A DNA stretch of 64,000 nt from Eledone cirrhosa (taxonomy: Eukaryota), in contig OZ024742.1 in NCBI GenBank assembly GCA_964016885.1, forward strand, positions 261,392,001-261,456,000. Reading direction: 5' to 3'. The notes beneath the pieces were generated by a model. It ran no database searches and was not told the DNA's origin. It saw only the letters and a program-made list of their open reading frames with translations. This document shows, piece after piece, positions 51,441 to 64,000 of this stretch (positions are counted from its first letter, which is position 1; each line of letters starts with the position of its first letter). The position numbers and the translations under genes are program-made.

Positions 51441-52557
51441 ACTAGGGCTATAACACCCCACTTGCCGATTTTGCAATGGGTAACCCCTGTTTGCCTAGGG
51501 AGACGTAAGATCTTCTTTTTATTCTTTTATCGCTTCATTTATTTCCTTCTTCCCCCCCATCCCTCCTTAGTCCTTCTACCCCAGTTCTTCTTCTTTGTCG
51601 GCGTCTTTTCTCCCCCACCCGAGGCTGCCCTTTGGCCCCTTGTAGCCTCAGTACCCCCACTCCCTCCTCTAGTCTATGATAGATTTGGCGGACTCCGCTT
51701 TTTATAGCAGTTGTTAGACCTCGGATACTTGCCCCCTTTTCCGACCGCTCCCACTATTTTCCGTGCCTTCTATATTTCTTAGTGGCACTTATGCCTTATT
51801 TTCTCGTTTCAGTATTTCTTTCTTCTCTTTTCTTTTGGGCGGGGTGGATTCTGAATTTATTTGTCCGTATTCTACCTTTACTTCGTACGAACTTTCATGT
51901 AGCTTGTATAAGATCTTTTAGAGTTAGCATTAGTATATATATTTTACGGGACTCAGAATTATTATCTCGTACTAGTTTACTTTGCTGCACTGGGTGGTTG
52001 CTGGCATTGTGCCCGGGATAGAAACCTTTATTATTTATTTCGTGGTAGTTCCTTTAGTATTTTGGCCCCATTTTTTTACCCGTCACCGTATGATTTACCT
52101 ACTTATACCTCTTAAAAGGGTCCTTGCCTATTCCGTCCCACCTAGTTTATTTACTTATTTCGTTATTCCTTTATTTATTTCTTTATTTCTTTCTTTCTTT
52201 CTTTATTTATTTATCTAGCCTAACAATAGCTAGAGACTTAGGTCGTAGAACTTGCTTTTATACTTTTTTTCTTTACACTTATTCGCTTTTCATCACTCTC
52301 AGTATTTTTTCTTTCATATATATATTTTTACCCCTCATTGTTCTACCTACCGTTCTGACTTCCTCCCCCTCCCCCTCCCCAGTATCTTCTTTGACCTCAT
52401 GCCCAGCTGTAGCTGGCACTACCAACGCATGATTGGGTCTACTCCACCCCCTCCCCTTTTTCTCCTAGTGGCAGGTTTAGCCACCATCTCCCCTACTAAT
52501 TTGCAATCACAGAATTACTACTGACTTTTGACAATCACTTTGACCATATATGGAATT

Positions 52558-52651
52558 ACCCCTTGAGAAGCTCGGCTATTTAAATACCAGGATAAATTTT
52601 CATTTAGTCCAGAATTAGCCGTCGAAACGACTTGAGCTCAGTCGTCGGGGT
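52558..52651 (+). ncRNA. Type I HHR, U3-A8 core variant (right arm)
   Basis: ACCCC-UUGAGAA-..CGGCUA/UAGCCG..-GAAA-CGAC..GUCG-UC^-GGGGU, with predicted cleavage after 52646. Confidence 0.75.
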
Positions 52652-53147
52652 CTTACTGGTTCCTATTACCCACTCTACTACCCTAAGTATTGAGTACTTT
52701 GGTGCGTTATGGTCCACCTGGTTCCTTACCACATTTCCTTCGTTATATATATATATATATCAGAGTTTGCTTTGGTGTAAAATAAGATATATCAATTTTT
52801 TAAAAGAGAGTCGTGCGTGGCTATAATCATACAAAATGAATTTTTAAAATGTGGACAAAGACAACGGAAAAACGAACGAAACACGAACTGTTCCCTCTCA
52901 TTAGTCGATCGCTGGAGATATGTTGTTTCAGTGCTTTAAGATCGATACAATTGGCTCCACTGCGCATGGGACAGTTACAAATGGACACAAGATATATATA
53001 TATATAATAAATTAAAAACAATAAAGTTCTGTTTACATGCCAACACAAGAGCAAGAATGATCGGCTCATTCGACTGACATGGCTTTAAAAAAAGAGGCTG
53101 TTTGCATAATTGCAAACGAATCGAATATTATTATTAATATTCGAAAA

Positions 53148-53335
53148 GGGCGGTGAATTGGCAGTATCGGTAAAGAGTCAGACATGCTTTCCAGCGTAGT
53201 TACGTCCCTTTACGACATGAGTTCAAATCCCGCCGAGGTTAACTTTGCCTTTCATCCTTACGGGGTCGATAAAATATAGTACCAGTAATGTACTGGGTGA
53301 TTGCTAGCCTTGTGCCAAAAGTAGAAACAATTATT
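53148..53335 (+). mobile_element. SINE, full copy with 18-bp TSD
   Basis: TSD ATTATTAATATTCGAAAA at 53130 and 53330. Confidence 0.92.
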
Positions 53336-53381
53336 AATATTCGAAAAACTCCGATTACATTTATTATATATATATATATAA

Positions 53382-53800
53382 CGGGTAAAGAGTAAAGACC
53401 CCTTTCGGTCGCGAATGACTATAGGATTTATACCTAGAAAGTTCCCTCCGATGCACAAAAGTATCAACAGGTAGTTTATGAAAAACGTAAGGAGCACCGT
53501 ACGCAGATTATACGAATATTTGTGGGTGGCATTGGTTTAGGAATAGAAAGGGTTGAAATACTGTCAAGAAACTGATAAAAAGCGAAAAAGCTTATGATTC
53601 TGAAGTGCAGGTTATCTAGAAATTGGTTTTCATGGAATACCAAACTATACTTCGGAAAGTCACCTTCAGGAAGGGTACAACCAGAGCCATGATTGTACCA
53701 AATGTAACGACAACACAGAAATATAGAGTTATTCATACGGTACTGACTCTTTTGGATGCCAGCTAGCAAATATTGGTAGCTAGAACTTCGTCTGGAAGCA
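53382..53800 (-). mobile_element. Degenerate RTE-like LINE 3' end
   Basis: GTAAAGAGTAAAGACCCCTTTCGGTCG tail motif (recognised from memory) and weak ORF remnants. Confidence 0.4.
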
Positions 53801-54544
53801 GATCAGACATCTATTTGTTTTGTTTGTGTTGTTTAAACTTGAAATATAATTAACTGCCTCGTAAACAAACACTTAGACATATATTTATCGACATTTGGTT
53901 AACTTACAAATATTTAGGAAATTTGAAAATATAGTCGCCACAATGCAAAAAACAATAATAATAATTGATAACTATAAATAATAAGTATTCCTGGAGATTG
54001 GAAAACTAGACACCCCTCGTTGATGCGTAATTCGTTCACCACCAGGCGTCTCTGCACGTTTTCCGTTTGTGGGGTACTTTACATGATATATTCAACTATC
54101 AATCGTTATAATAAAGGTGTGTTTGCATATGTGTGTGTGTGTGTGTGTGTAACTCTATAAAATTTGCATACACATATACACACACACACACACACAATGT
54201 ATTTCCTATTTCAATTGTGTTAATACCATAAAAAGTTCACTTTCTGACCCTAAATTTTCCGGTAAATAGCTTGTTCACCTAAGTTGCTCATACTTACTGT
54301 GTGTCATTTCTACATGCTGAATATTCTTAGAGATAAATTAGAAAAATATCGTTGTTATCTTTAAACATTTCCACGTGTTGTTAATCAACACAAGCTATAG
54401 GATTTCTCTTATTAAAACGAAAATTCCCAGTTTATATGATTGTTCATATATCCATCAACCCTGATATTCATGGCATACCACTCCTGGACACCAAAAATTA
54501 AATACGTTCATTATTAACGGCGTAGCTCCCTAGTCATTTATAGT

Positions 54545-54724
54545 TGGATTGGCAGTATCGGTAGAGGGCTGACCCATGCTTTGTAGCAAAGAGTTACGGC
54601 CCTTTATGGTCTGAGTTCAAATCCTGCTGAGGTTAACTTTGCCTTTCATCCTTACGGGGTCGATAAAATAAAGCACCAGTAATGCACTGGGATAATTGCT
54701 GGCCTTGTGCCAAATATAGAAACA
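54545..54724 (+). mobile_element. SINE, full copy
   Basis: A and B boxes, core and tail present. Confidence 0.88.
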
Positions 54725-55129
54725 AGTACTATAGTTATCTGCGTTGTAGCGATTATATTTCAAATATATATTTATGTCTCACTAAATAGCATAGAAAAGA
54801 TATACGAAAAAGAAAATAAATGGAATTGTCACTATGGTATAAAACGCTTCACCCATTTTCGAAATGTTTATCTCCCCTGCCCTCTCATTTCCGTTAATTC
54901 TTCCATTGTCATTCTTCTCTATCTTTATTATTTCTTACATCATTAATTCCATTTTCCGTTATTCCACTCTACGTGCCTTTTATCTACTCATGGTATCTTT
55001 ATTTTTCATTCATTTATTTCCTTTATTCTTAAATTATTCTCCTCCACTTCGTTAACTATGTGAAGTAATTCTGTCTACACGTCACACACTCGCGCACATG
55101 TACACGTATTATATATATATATATATATA

Positions 55130-55190
<61 letters not shown>

Positions 55191-55343
55191 GTTTTAAGAA
55201 ACGCAGTACAATGCAAATTAGAAATACAGAAGTGAAAACTTGAAAAGAGGAAGGAAAACCAAAAACAACCGTTTACACTTTATATACATATATACATATA
55301 TATATATATATAAATATTTATATATATATATATATATATATAT

Positions 55344-55397
<54 letters not shown>

Positions 55398-55418
55398 ATA
55401 CACACACAGACCCCCCCC

Positions 55419-55460
<42 letters not shown>

Positions 55461-55923
55461 CCACAATGCAGATAACTATAGAAATATTTGAAAACTATAA
55501 ATAATGGATTAATGAATAAGTTGGGTAAAATACTCCTGGAGACGGGGAAAAATATATGTAGTTAAAATCAATGCCCGACAACTGACTCATGCAGTTTCAA
55601 TGGCGATATATATATGTGGGGGGGGGGGATGTGTGTGCGTGTGTGAGTGTGTGTGTGTGTGTGTGTGTACGTAAAACTAAGACCGTATAAGCCTTAACTA
55701 TAACGTAAACAAATCCATGCTTGCCCTCTCTTGGTCAAATAGCAACCAACCTAGTCCAATTAGTGACATGAAGTGATAGACGTCATCAGGGTGCAGCCGC
55801 AGTATTACGTACTTTCTATATTACTCTCTATATAGGCTGGGTTGCACAGAAGAGATTAAAAATACTAAGTGCATATGCAGATTGATATATACTGTATTGT
55901 CTTCGTATAAATTTATTTTATTG

Positions 55924-55974
<51 letters not shown>

Positions 55975-56857
55975 AGTATGTGTTGGTTGTTTACCGACAC
56001 CTCAGTATGCAGAATGGAGCACTCGACGAAGTATGCAGATTGGTTTGTTTACTCCGGAGTAATGTAAAGTAAGTTAGTTAAACATGTTAAATTTGGCTTC
56101 GTTTATTATAAATTCTCTGCTATATATATTTCAGTGACAGCTAATATGGGCTGTGACCTTATCAGGCAGTACGAATTAATGTGGAAAACAACAGGTAAAC
56201 ATGTTGTTGAAATGTGTTCAACTCTGTCAATTGATCGATATGTCCAGCTCCTGGGTGTGTTGTTAGTCCTCCGAGGAAATTATTTTATATATATATATGA
56301 TAACTGCCACTTTACAGAAGTCGGCCATCTCTTCAACCTAACATAGAGTGCTAATTTTGATACCTGCCTCAGTAAACCACGAATCTCAGTGAACCGCCCA
56401 ATATTATAAATATATATAACACTTTAAAATTCACGTATACGAACATACAATGCATTTTCTATATATGTGTGTGTCTTTGTATATATATATATATATATAT
56501 ATACACAAAGACACCATTTATGTTACGTTGTTTATCAATGGGTGGAACTGGTGATTCCGGTTAGCAAATGGTATGATGCAATAGATTAAAGCATTCGACG
56601 TCGTACATGACATTAAGGGATGACCTGCCGTCACAATAACAGGCAATCGATGGGCCATCCCCAAATCAAAATCGATCCTCTATTTTCTATTATCTTTTCT
56701 CTGTTTGTGTTCGCCTAAATCCTGTTCTCTTCCATAACTAATTCTGCAATTAACACCTAATGAAATCGGGTCTGGCATCATATTCGTATTTTCGCGGGAT
56801 TAAATCTATAAAGTTTCCAGTCCGGTCTTCCGTTGTTGTTTATTAGCAGTATAATGA

Positions 56858-56893
<36 letters not shown>

Positions 56894-56924
56894 TCATTAT
56901 ACTGATAATTATACTGATAGTAAA

Positions 56925-56977
<53 letters not shown>

Positions 56978-56983
<6 letters not shown>

Positions 56984-57620
56984 TAACTGAACAAAAAAGA
57001 AAAACGAACACAGACATATACATATATGTGTTCAAATCGTAAGGGACCAGAATCGCTAAGGTGAAAAAAATACTAAGTACAGACAATAGGGTTTGCCAGA
57101 CTCAATTTAAGAACAAATCAAGAAAAATAAATACAAACCATAATTGTGGTAACGACCGAACACCCGGACAGTTTTGATAGAACTGTTTCGCAATATTATT
57201 TGCGAAAAGGAATACCAAAATCCTAAGCTCATCAGCGGGTGAAGAAATTAGTATCCTGATAACTTCTAAATATAATGAAAAACTGGATACCGTGTGTATA
57301 TATAACGCATCTAGTTCCCGAACTTAGCGTGTCTCACACACTCATGAGTCCGGGTGTTCGGTCGTTACCACAATTATGGTTTGTATTTATTTTTCTTGAT
57401 TTGTTCTTAAATTGAGTCTGACAAACTCTATTGTCTGTAGTTAGTATTTTTTTCACCTTAGCGATTCTGGTCCATTACGATTTGAACACAAATATGTATA
57501 TGTCTGTGTTCGTTTTTCTTTTTTGTTCAGTTATACTATACGGCTCGGAAAAATCTTTCCTAGAACTAATTTACTGTAATGAGACTATTTTGAGTTTCTA
57601 ACTCAATACATGCCTTTGAT
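56978..57620. mobile_element. HHR-bearing non-coding element with head-to-head inverted arms (56978-57169 / 57348-57540), flanked by (TA)n
   Basis: Inverted arms of about 190 bp. Homologous to 9890-10276. Confidence 0.8.
57161..57241 (-). ncRNA. Type I hammerhead ribozyme
   Basis: Stem I CACCCG/CGGGUG, CUGAUGA, stem II closed by GC/GC, GAAA, stem III CAGUU/AACUG, GUC^. Confidence 0.82.
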
Positions 57621-58198
57621 ATATATATATATATATATATATACATTTATGTTGTGTGGTTCACCAATGGGTAGAACTGGTCATTCCGTTAAGTTAATCT
57701 TGATGTAATAGTAAAAAAGCATTCTACGTCATGCAACTCATTCATCATATATGTTGAATCGCGTGGTTGGTGCAGGAACGGAATTAAATATTTATTGAAT
57801 TGAAACAATAGAAGACAAGACTGGAAATATCCCTTTAAAGTTTTAATGTTGCAAAAAACACCATATATATTTCAATGGCCTGGTTACGTAACATCCTGGC
57901 GACATCATCAGGTGGGGATTGCATAATTAGTTAATCAATAAAAGTAATTTCGGCAAACACGAACAAAGCATAGAGAATATATTTGATTTGGAGATAGCCC
58001 GCGAATTCGGTGTTAATTTTGAGGCAGACCGTCTGTCACAATAACACCAAATATTTATATATGAGATGAATATTGGTTTCCTGAAGAGATGCGATATGTG
58101 ATTACAATGTTTATTGATTTGATAGATTTATTAACTAATCTGCAAATCAATATTTATATTGTCGTAGACACAAAGTATACCGAAATTGTAAACAGAAT

Positions 58199-58681
58199 TG
58201 TAACGGAATTATCTTATTTTTTAACCGGCGAAGATTCGTAACCGAATCTGAGGGTTCTCGCCTCTAAAACCACCTATTGTTGGGAGTTTCCCACCATTGT
58301 CCTGTCAAGAAACAAGCATGATAGACGTTCATACCACTTGACCTGTGACCCCAGGTTCTTGACAGATGAAACACACATGGCTACTCATAAATCAACCCAT
58401 ATACACATCCTTGTAGCTATAGGGTTATTATAAATACAAGTACTAAGGGAATCCATCAGAGAGACCACGAAGCAGCAGTCCGTGTGTTTTTCACTAATCT
58501 TTCGTCTTCCTGTTATTTCACGTCTATTATATCGTTGTGTTGATACATGCATACACGCTAGCTCTAAGTAGCTAGCCAGCAAATAATGTTGTGATAATTG
58601 CTGTCACAATTTTATTACTCGATATTCAATGTACCAACAAGTGAATATGGTTATTGTAAAATAAACATTGTTGACATCACA
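58199..58681 (+). mobile_element. Possible solo LTR
   Basis: TGTAAC...CATCACA ends, TATA-like TATATAAA at about 58428, AATAAA at about 58660. No convincing TSD. Confidence 0.3.
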
Positions 58682-58689
58682 ATTCTGGC

Positions 58690-58875
58690 ATTGGCAGTAT
58701 CGGTAGAGGGTCGGACGCCATGCTTTGATGCATAGAGTTACGGTCCTTGCCATTCTGAGTTCAAATCCCGCCGAGGTTAACTTTGCCTTTCATCCTTACG
58801 GGGTCGATAAAATAAAGTACCAGTAATGCACTGGGTAATTGCTGGCCTTGTGCCAAAAGTAGAAACAATTATTAT
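58690..58875 (+). mobile_element. SINE, near full copy
   Basis: A and B boxes, core and (ATT)n tail present. Confidence 0.9.
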
Positions 58876-59349
58876 TTTTATCATTCATCCAGAACTGAAT
58901 ACATTTATCCACTACAAGGTGAACAAAAAAACTGACAACACAAAACAAACAAAAAATGACTAAGAACAAAAAATGTTTTGTTTGAATATTTAAGGATACA
59001 TCTTGAGCAACTTTTTTTTAAATACCTAAGGGTACAACACGGATAAGCAGATAAAAAGAATAAGTATATAAAGTCGGGAAGTGATTTGTAGTCGACCGCC
59101 CTGGCGTTAGACAAAAGGCACACGCAGACAACAAATAGAAGTGATGAAAGAGGGCTTTACGACCGAGAGAAAGAGAAAAAATAATTGTCCAACTACCACG
59201 AAGACACGTGGTGAAAGAACAAAACACAGAAACTGGTGTTGATGGCTTAAATCATGGAGACATAAGGTCAGATGACGTAACTGACGGGAAAAGTCGAAAG
59301 TATATGGAGATAAAAATATGTAAGAAGCGGTTTGTGGTCACAGTTACAA

Positions 59350-59466
59350 ATAATTGTTTCTACTTTTGGCACAAGGCCAGCAATTATCCCAGTGTATTAC
59401 TGGTACTTTATGTTATCGAACTCGTAAGGATGAAAGGCAAAGTTAACCTCGGCGGGATTTGAACTC
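59350..59466 (-). mobile_element. SINE, 5'-truncated, with TSD
   Basis: TSD TCACAGTTACAAATAAT at 59338 and 59465. Confidence 0.88.
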
Positions 59467-59611
59467 ACAGTTACAAATAATGAGTCAAAGAATCATGGGA
59501 GAATGACTGTGTAGCGTCAATGGAAGGCTGGACAAAACATAAACAACTTTTCCGTTCATCAGCTATTCATAATGAGTGGCCTTAGTATACGCACACACAC
59601 ACACACACATA

Positions 59612-59643
<32 letters not shown>

Positions 59644-59644
59644 C

Positions 59645-59680
<36 letters not shown>

Positions 59681-60071
59681 GTGTGTGTGTATGTATATAT
59701 ATATATATATATATATACATATATATATACATACATATCATATACACACACATCATTTACATATACACATATATATATCAATGAAGTAATGAAGTGTCGG
59801 CTGTGAGCGTTATGTACGCTGATGAAGGTGGAATCTCTTTGTATATATGTTAATGGAAGCTCAGTTGTGTAAAGTAAATAGAATTCAGTGATGTAACCTG
59901 TTACTTTGAAAGCATCGTTAATTGTTCCCTGGAGTTGGAATTTGAAACCAAATCTGTAATTGGCGTGGCTTCCTTCTTCTTTCTTCCCCTTCTATCTCGG
60001 TATCAATTTCTATATCTCTCTCTATCTCCACTATCTCGTCATCAGTCTCTCGCTCCTTATACATGAGAGGT

Positions 60072-60205
<134 letters not shown>

Positions 60206-60569
60206 GAAAAAGCAGCCAACGAAAAGAAAAAGCGCTCTATGTATAAACAGTGCTAATTTATTATGAATTGTACATACGAGAACTGTAGTAACCTTAGGTT
60301 TCATGGTATAACTAGATTGTATGATCGCAATCGGTAATGAATAAACACTTCTTCAGGTGTCAATTTTGAAATGTTCTCGTGAAAAGAGAACATTCTTTAA
60401 ATATTGCTATATGAGCTTATGTTCATGAGTTTGTCAGGTCACTTATGTATGTGATATTTTGAGGGGGGATAATTATAGATGTAAAGAAGAACTAGAATAT
60501 TGGCATGTAGGGTCAATATTAAGGTAGATTTTGTACATCTAGCTGTGTAGAATGTATGTCTTGGGTTGA

Positions 60570-61345
60570 ATTTTCCACGAGGAAAGCAAGTCCTTTTTGA
60601 GATGTAAACAGCTCCTGAAAACATCAGTTTCGGAGTTTAGAAATTCATTTGGTGATTTCAAGCGCTGGAGAATTCTGTATTTTTCACTGGTACAAAAACA
60701 CACTTGTTTGATCCGTTATTGTATGGTCTGGACTTTTCTAGAATTCTCCATTTTATTACATGGAGAATGCCTCTGTCTTTCAATTGTCAGATTCTTTCGC
60801 AGATTCATCTCAGAGTCTCCAAAGGACAAGACGTATGAATAAAAGCTTTGTTTAAACTTGTCTTGCACCATACCCACGATGTTTTACTGTTCACCGCTTG
60901 GTTGATTTTTGCAGGGGTAACTTCCGCTTCATATATTATAGATTTAATGTTACAATTCTGTTGCAGAGGGCATTCATCCTTTACCTTGCAAGAACAGCCT
61001 GGTTCTTCTTTGTGTTTATTTCTTGCAGTTATTACCGACTTCATGGAAAGGCCGTAAGAATAACTGATTTTAATGGAGTACCTACTGAAAATATTACTAT
61101 ATCTGTGCTGACGGTGAAGTGTTTATTTGTTAATTCTAAGAATTTCTTACGTTAGTTTTTACGTTTAGGGACTAGGTGGGCCTGAGCCAGGAAATCTTTC
61201 TTATCCTGTTCCTAGGTCTATTTTATTCGGGAGGTACTAGGTGTGTACTGAATCTTATATTTGAAACCGCTTTCTATGAGGCTTCTGTTGTAATAGCGAC
61301 TACCTTATCGAATATCCTCTTAGAGCATAGCCAGAGAAATTGAGC
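60570..61345 (-). mobile_element. Degenerate PLE ORF fragment (same clade as 30722-32230)
   Basis: YYNRSLIESGFKYKIQY..KFLELTNKHF..CSCKVKDECPLQQNCNIKSIIYEAEV. Confidence 0.8.
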
Positions 61346-61621
61346 GTTGTACAGATACAAGGTTTTACACTGATTCAAGAACATGATGGATTTGTACGAG
61401 ATACAGATCTGGTAGATCTGTATCGAGTGGGATCTTCAAAATAGAAAAAGTAATGATAGAAGACAAACGCACAATTAAAAAAGTTTGGCGTTAAGAAAAT
61501 TCTAGATCGACGAAGCAGTAAATTTCAGGAGATAAACGTAAATTGATTTCACTTTCATTTATTAATGACGGCTCACTCAATCGGATTAACGCAATCAATT
61601 ACTGATCACACACAACCACAT

Positions 61622-61773
<152 letters not shown>

Positions 61774-63349
61774 ATGCGTCTATATATATTCGTATGTGAT
61801 GTTTCTACGCACACACACACGTAGAAAGATCACGTACGAATATTTATATAGACGTAGGACGACGGTAACATTTTATACTACAGTTAAGTCATTCATTCAT
61901 TAATAAAGTGTCTGAACATTTTGGGTGAAATGTAATAAAAGTTCGTGCTAGAAATTTCACTATCAGTTACTTGGCTATGTCAATGAGAAACGACCATGAA
62001 TGAAATCTGGTGTTCGTCATTAAATAATTATTTAGTGAAACCTATTACACAGCATGAGGACTATAAAACTGTGTCAGTACTATTAAATAGTGTTTGTGTT
62101 ATAGACCCGTGTCAGTGTTATGGAACTGTATCAGTGCTGTAGAGCAGTGTAAGTGCTATTAAATAGTCTGAGGACATCTTTTAAATTAATAGGTTTGAGT
62201 TCATTGTGTTTACATAAGTGTTTTCATTTTATTTCCGGAATTCTCAGCTTCGGCTCAATTACTAAATGTATTTGTTTTTTTGTGGAATTAATTGTAGCAA
62301 GCGTCCATAGGTCAGCAGATTACAATTCAAATGACTTCAGACATCTTTTTCATTGCCGACCGTCATTGCCAATATAATCATTAGAATTTTATATAAGAAA
62401 GTTGTTGCTATTGCTGCCACTGCTGCTGCTATTGCTGCTACTACTTCCGTTGCTGCTGCTGGTGTTGTTGCTGCTGCTGTTATTGTTGTTGTTGTTGTCG
62501 AGCCCTAAGTTAACACTGATTAAGCAGACAATATATCTAAGACTTCAATATTCAAAAGGGTCATAATTCTTTTAAGACGGTCTAGTGTGCTTTAAGGGAG
62601 ATTTAGCTGCCACTGTTATGAGTAAGAGGATTCTCATTTGACTTATTGTGTTGTTGTTGTTGTTTGGCCCTAGGTCACCCTGATCTGGAAAACTGTGATC
62701 AAAGATCTTCTAAGTTTGTTTTGGAAGGTGCTAGAGTGTTTGCGAAAGGAAATGTTAGCGACTAAATCAAGAAGGTCCGCTTCAAAGGGAGCGAGTTCAA
62801 TTACCTTAGGAGGATAGGCTCTCGATTTCAGGTTGTAGGTGTTAGTAGTGCCTGTAATTTTACCGTCAAAAGCTAGGGCTCACCATCTTAAGCGTTTGAC
62901 ATCTTCAGCTTTCTGTAGGAGAAGCTTTGAGTAAACATAGTTGAAGGGAGTGGGAATATTCTTAATCGATTCAAACGTTGATGAGATACAAAGTTGTGTA
63001 AGACACAAGGATATAAAGAGCACTCACAGGGTAGAAAGCCAAACTTCCACGTGGTGAAAAGAATCTGCTGACCGGTACTGGAGACGTGTGTAATTACAAA
63101 GCTGCAGATTGACTAACATGAACTATCTATAATATTCTGAATAACATGAATAATTTATTCCGAGCATCCACAGTTATCTCCTTTACGTCGATCCATCGTG
63201 GGGTTACCTCCCCCTGGGGAAGTGACTGTTTCTACACATGGGTATTCGTAGAGTTGTTTTTCCTTTCCTGTTCAACCTTATTTAAACCGAGCTGATGATC
63301 CGAATAAGGTGAAACAATTGTTCCCGGTAATGATGTACTAACTGTTGAG

Positions 63350-63460
<111 letters not shown>

Positions 63461-63699
63461 TACATATATACATACAAATACATATATACAAACATGTACA
63501 TACACATACATACACGCACGCGCACGCATACACACGCGTGCACACACACACGCACACTCACACACACATATTCATATATATATGTATATATGTGTATGTA
63601 TATCTATCTATATATATATATACACACCATATATATATATATATATATATACACACACCATATATATATATATATATATATACACACCATATATATACA

Positions 63700-63796
<97 letters not shown>

Positions 63797-63806
63797 CACA
63801 CACACG

Positions 63807-64000
63807 CGAATGGGATTTGCCCACTATACAGGAGCAAACCGTGGAATAGAATAGATAGGTCTAAAAGGAAGATAGGGAAGGCCAACTAATGGTATGGCAG
63901 CCAAAACTACCGGAGTCTCATGTTTGTCGACGCTACCCCTAGAGGTGAACTAGCGTATCTTTTTTGCGAGAGCCTTAGATAAACAAAACTTAAGAATTAA
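63807..64000 (+). mobile_element. Probable PLE-type ORF fragment running off the window edge
   Basis: [47 protein letters not shown] resembles post-RT segments of invertebrate PLE-like proteins (from memory). Follows (TA)n. Confidence 0.45.

Larger units (their letters stand above)
49838..52665. mobile_element. 2.8-kb palindrome: truncated PLE (+ strand) with an inverted copy of its 3' region; arms 49838-51163 and 51341-52665
   Basis: Arms are near-identical (the ORF track shows mirrored ORFs). The spacer encodes a PLE endonuclease C-terminus, and HHRs sit at both outer ends. Confidence 0.9.

Noticed and set aside
49979-52524. Duplicated hydrophobic ORFs on both strands
   Set aside because: Mirror products of the T-rich palindrome arms (PLE 3' UTR).
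59816-59966. CUGAUGA...GAAACCAA..UUGG hammerhead candidate
   Set aside because: The UH cleavage dinucleotide is missing and stem II is unclear. At best a decayed motif.

Overview
Gene-poor, repeat-saturated eukaryotic DNA. It is most likely from an octopod cephalopod, judged from the tRNA-derived SINE core TTTGCCTTTCATCCTT...GGGGTCGATAAAATAAAGTACCAGT and the very dense (TA)n/(CA)n/(ATT)n microsatellites. No host protein-coding exon can be supported, and most ORF-track entries are microsatellite artefacts. The window holds: a near full-length, chimeric Tx1/L1-type LINE (41.1-47.6 kb) sitting in an (ATT)n nest with R4/Dong-type LINE fragments; RTE, CRE and CR1/Jockey fragments; Tc1/mariner and Helitron remnants; more than 15 SINE copies; and several C-terminal GIY-YIG Penelope-like elements (PLEs). 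The most striking hidden layer is a set of about 12 type I hammerhead ribozyme (HHR) motifs from about 8 families, mostly in (TA)n-flanked elements with direct or inverted repeats. These include a non-coding 630-bp retrozyme-like unit bounded by two identical intact HHRs (29.5-30.6 kb) and a 2.8-kb palindrome whose arms end in U3-A8 variant HHRs with a compensatory stem III base-pair change. All structures were read by eye, so coordinates are approximate and ribozyme activity is predicted, not demonstrated.
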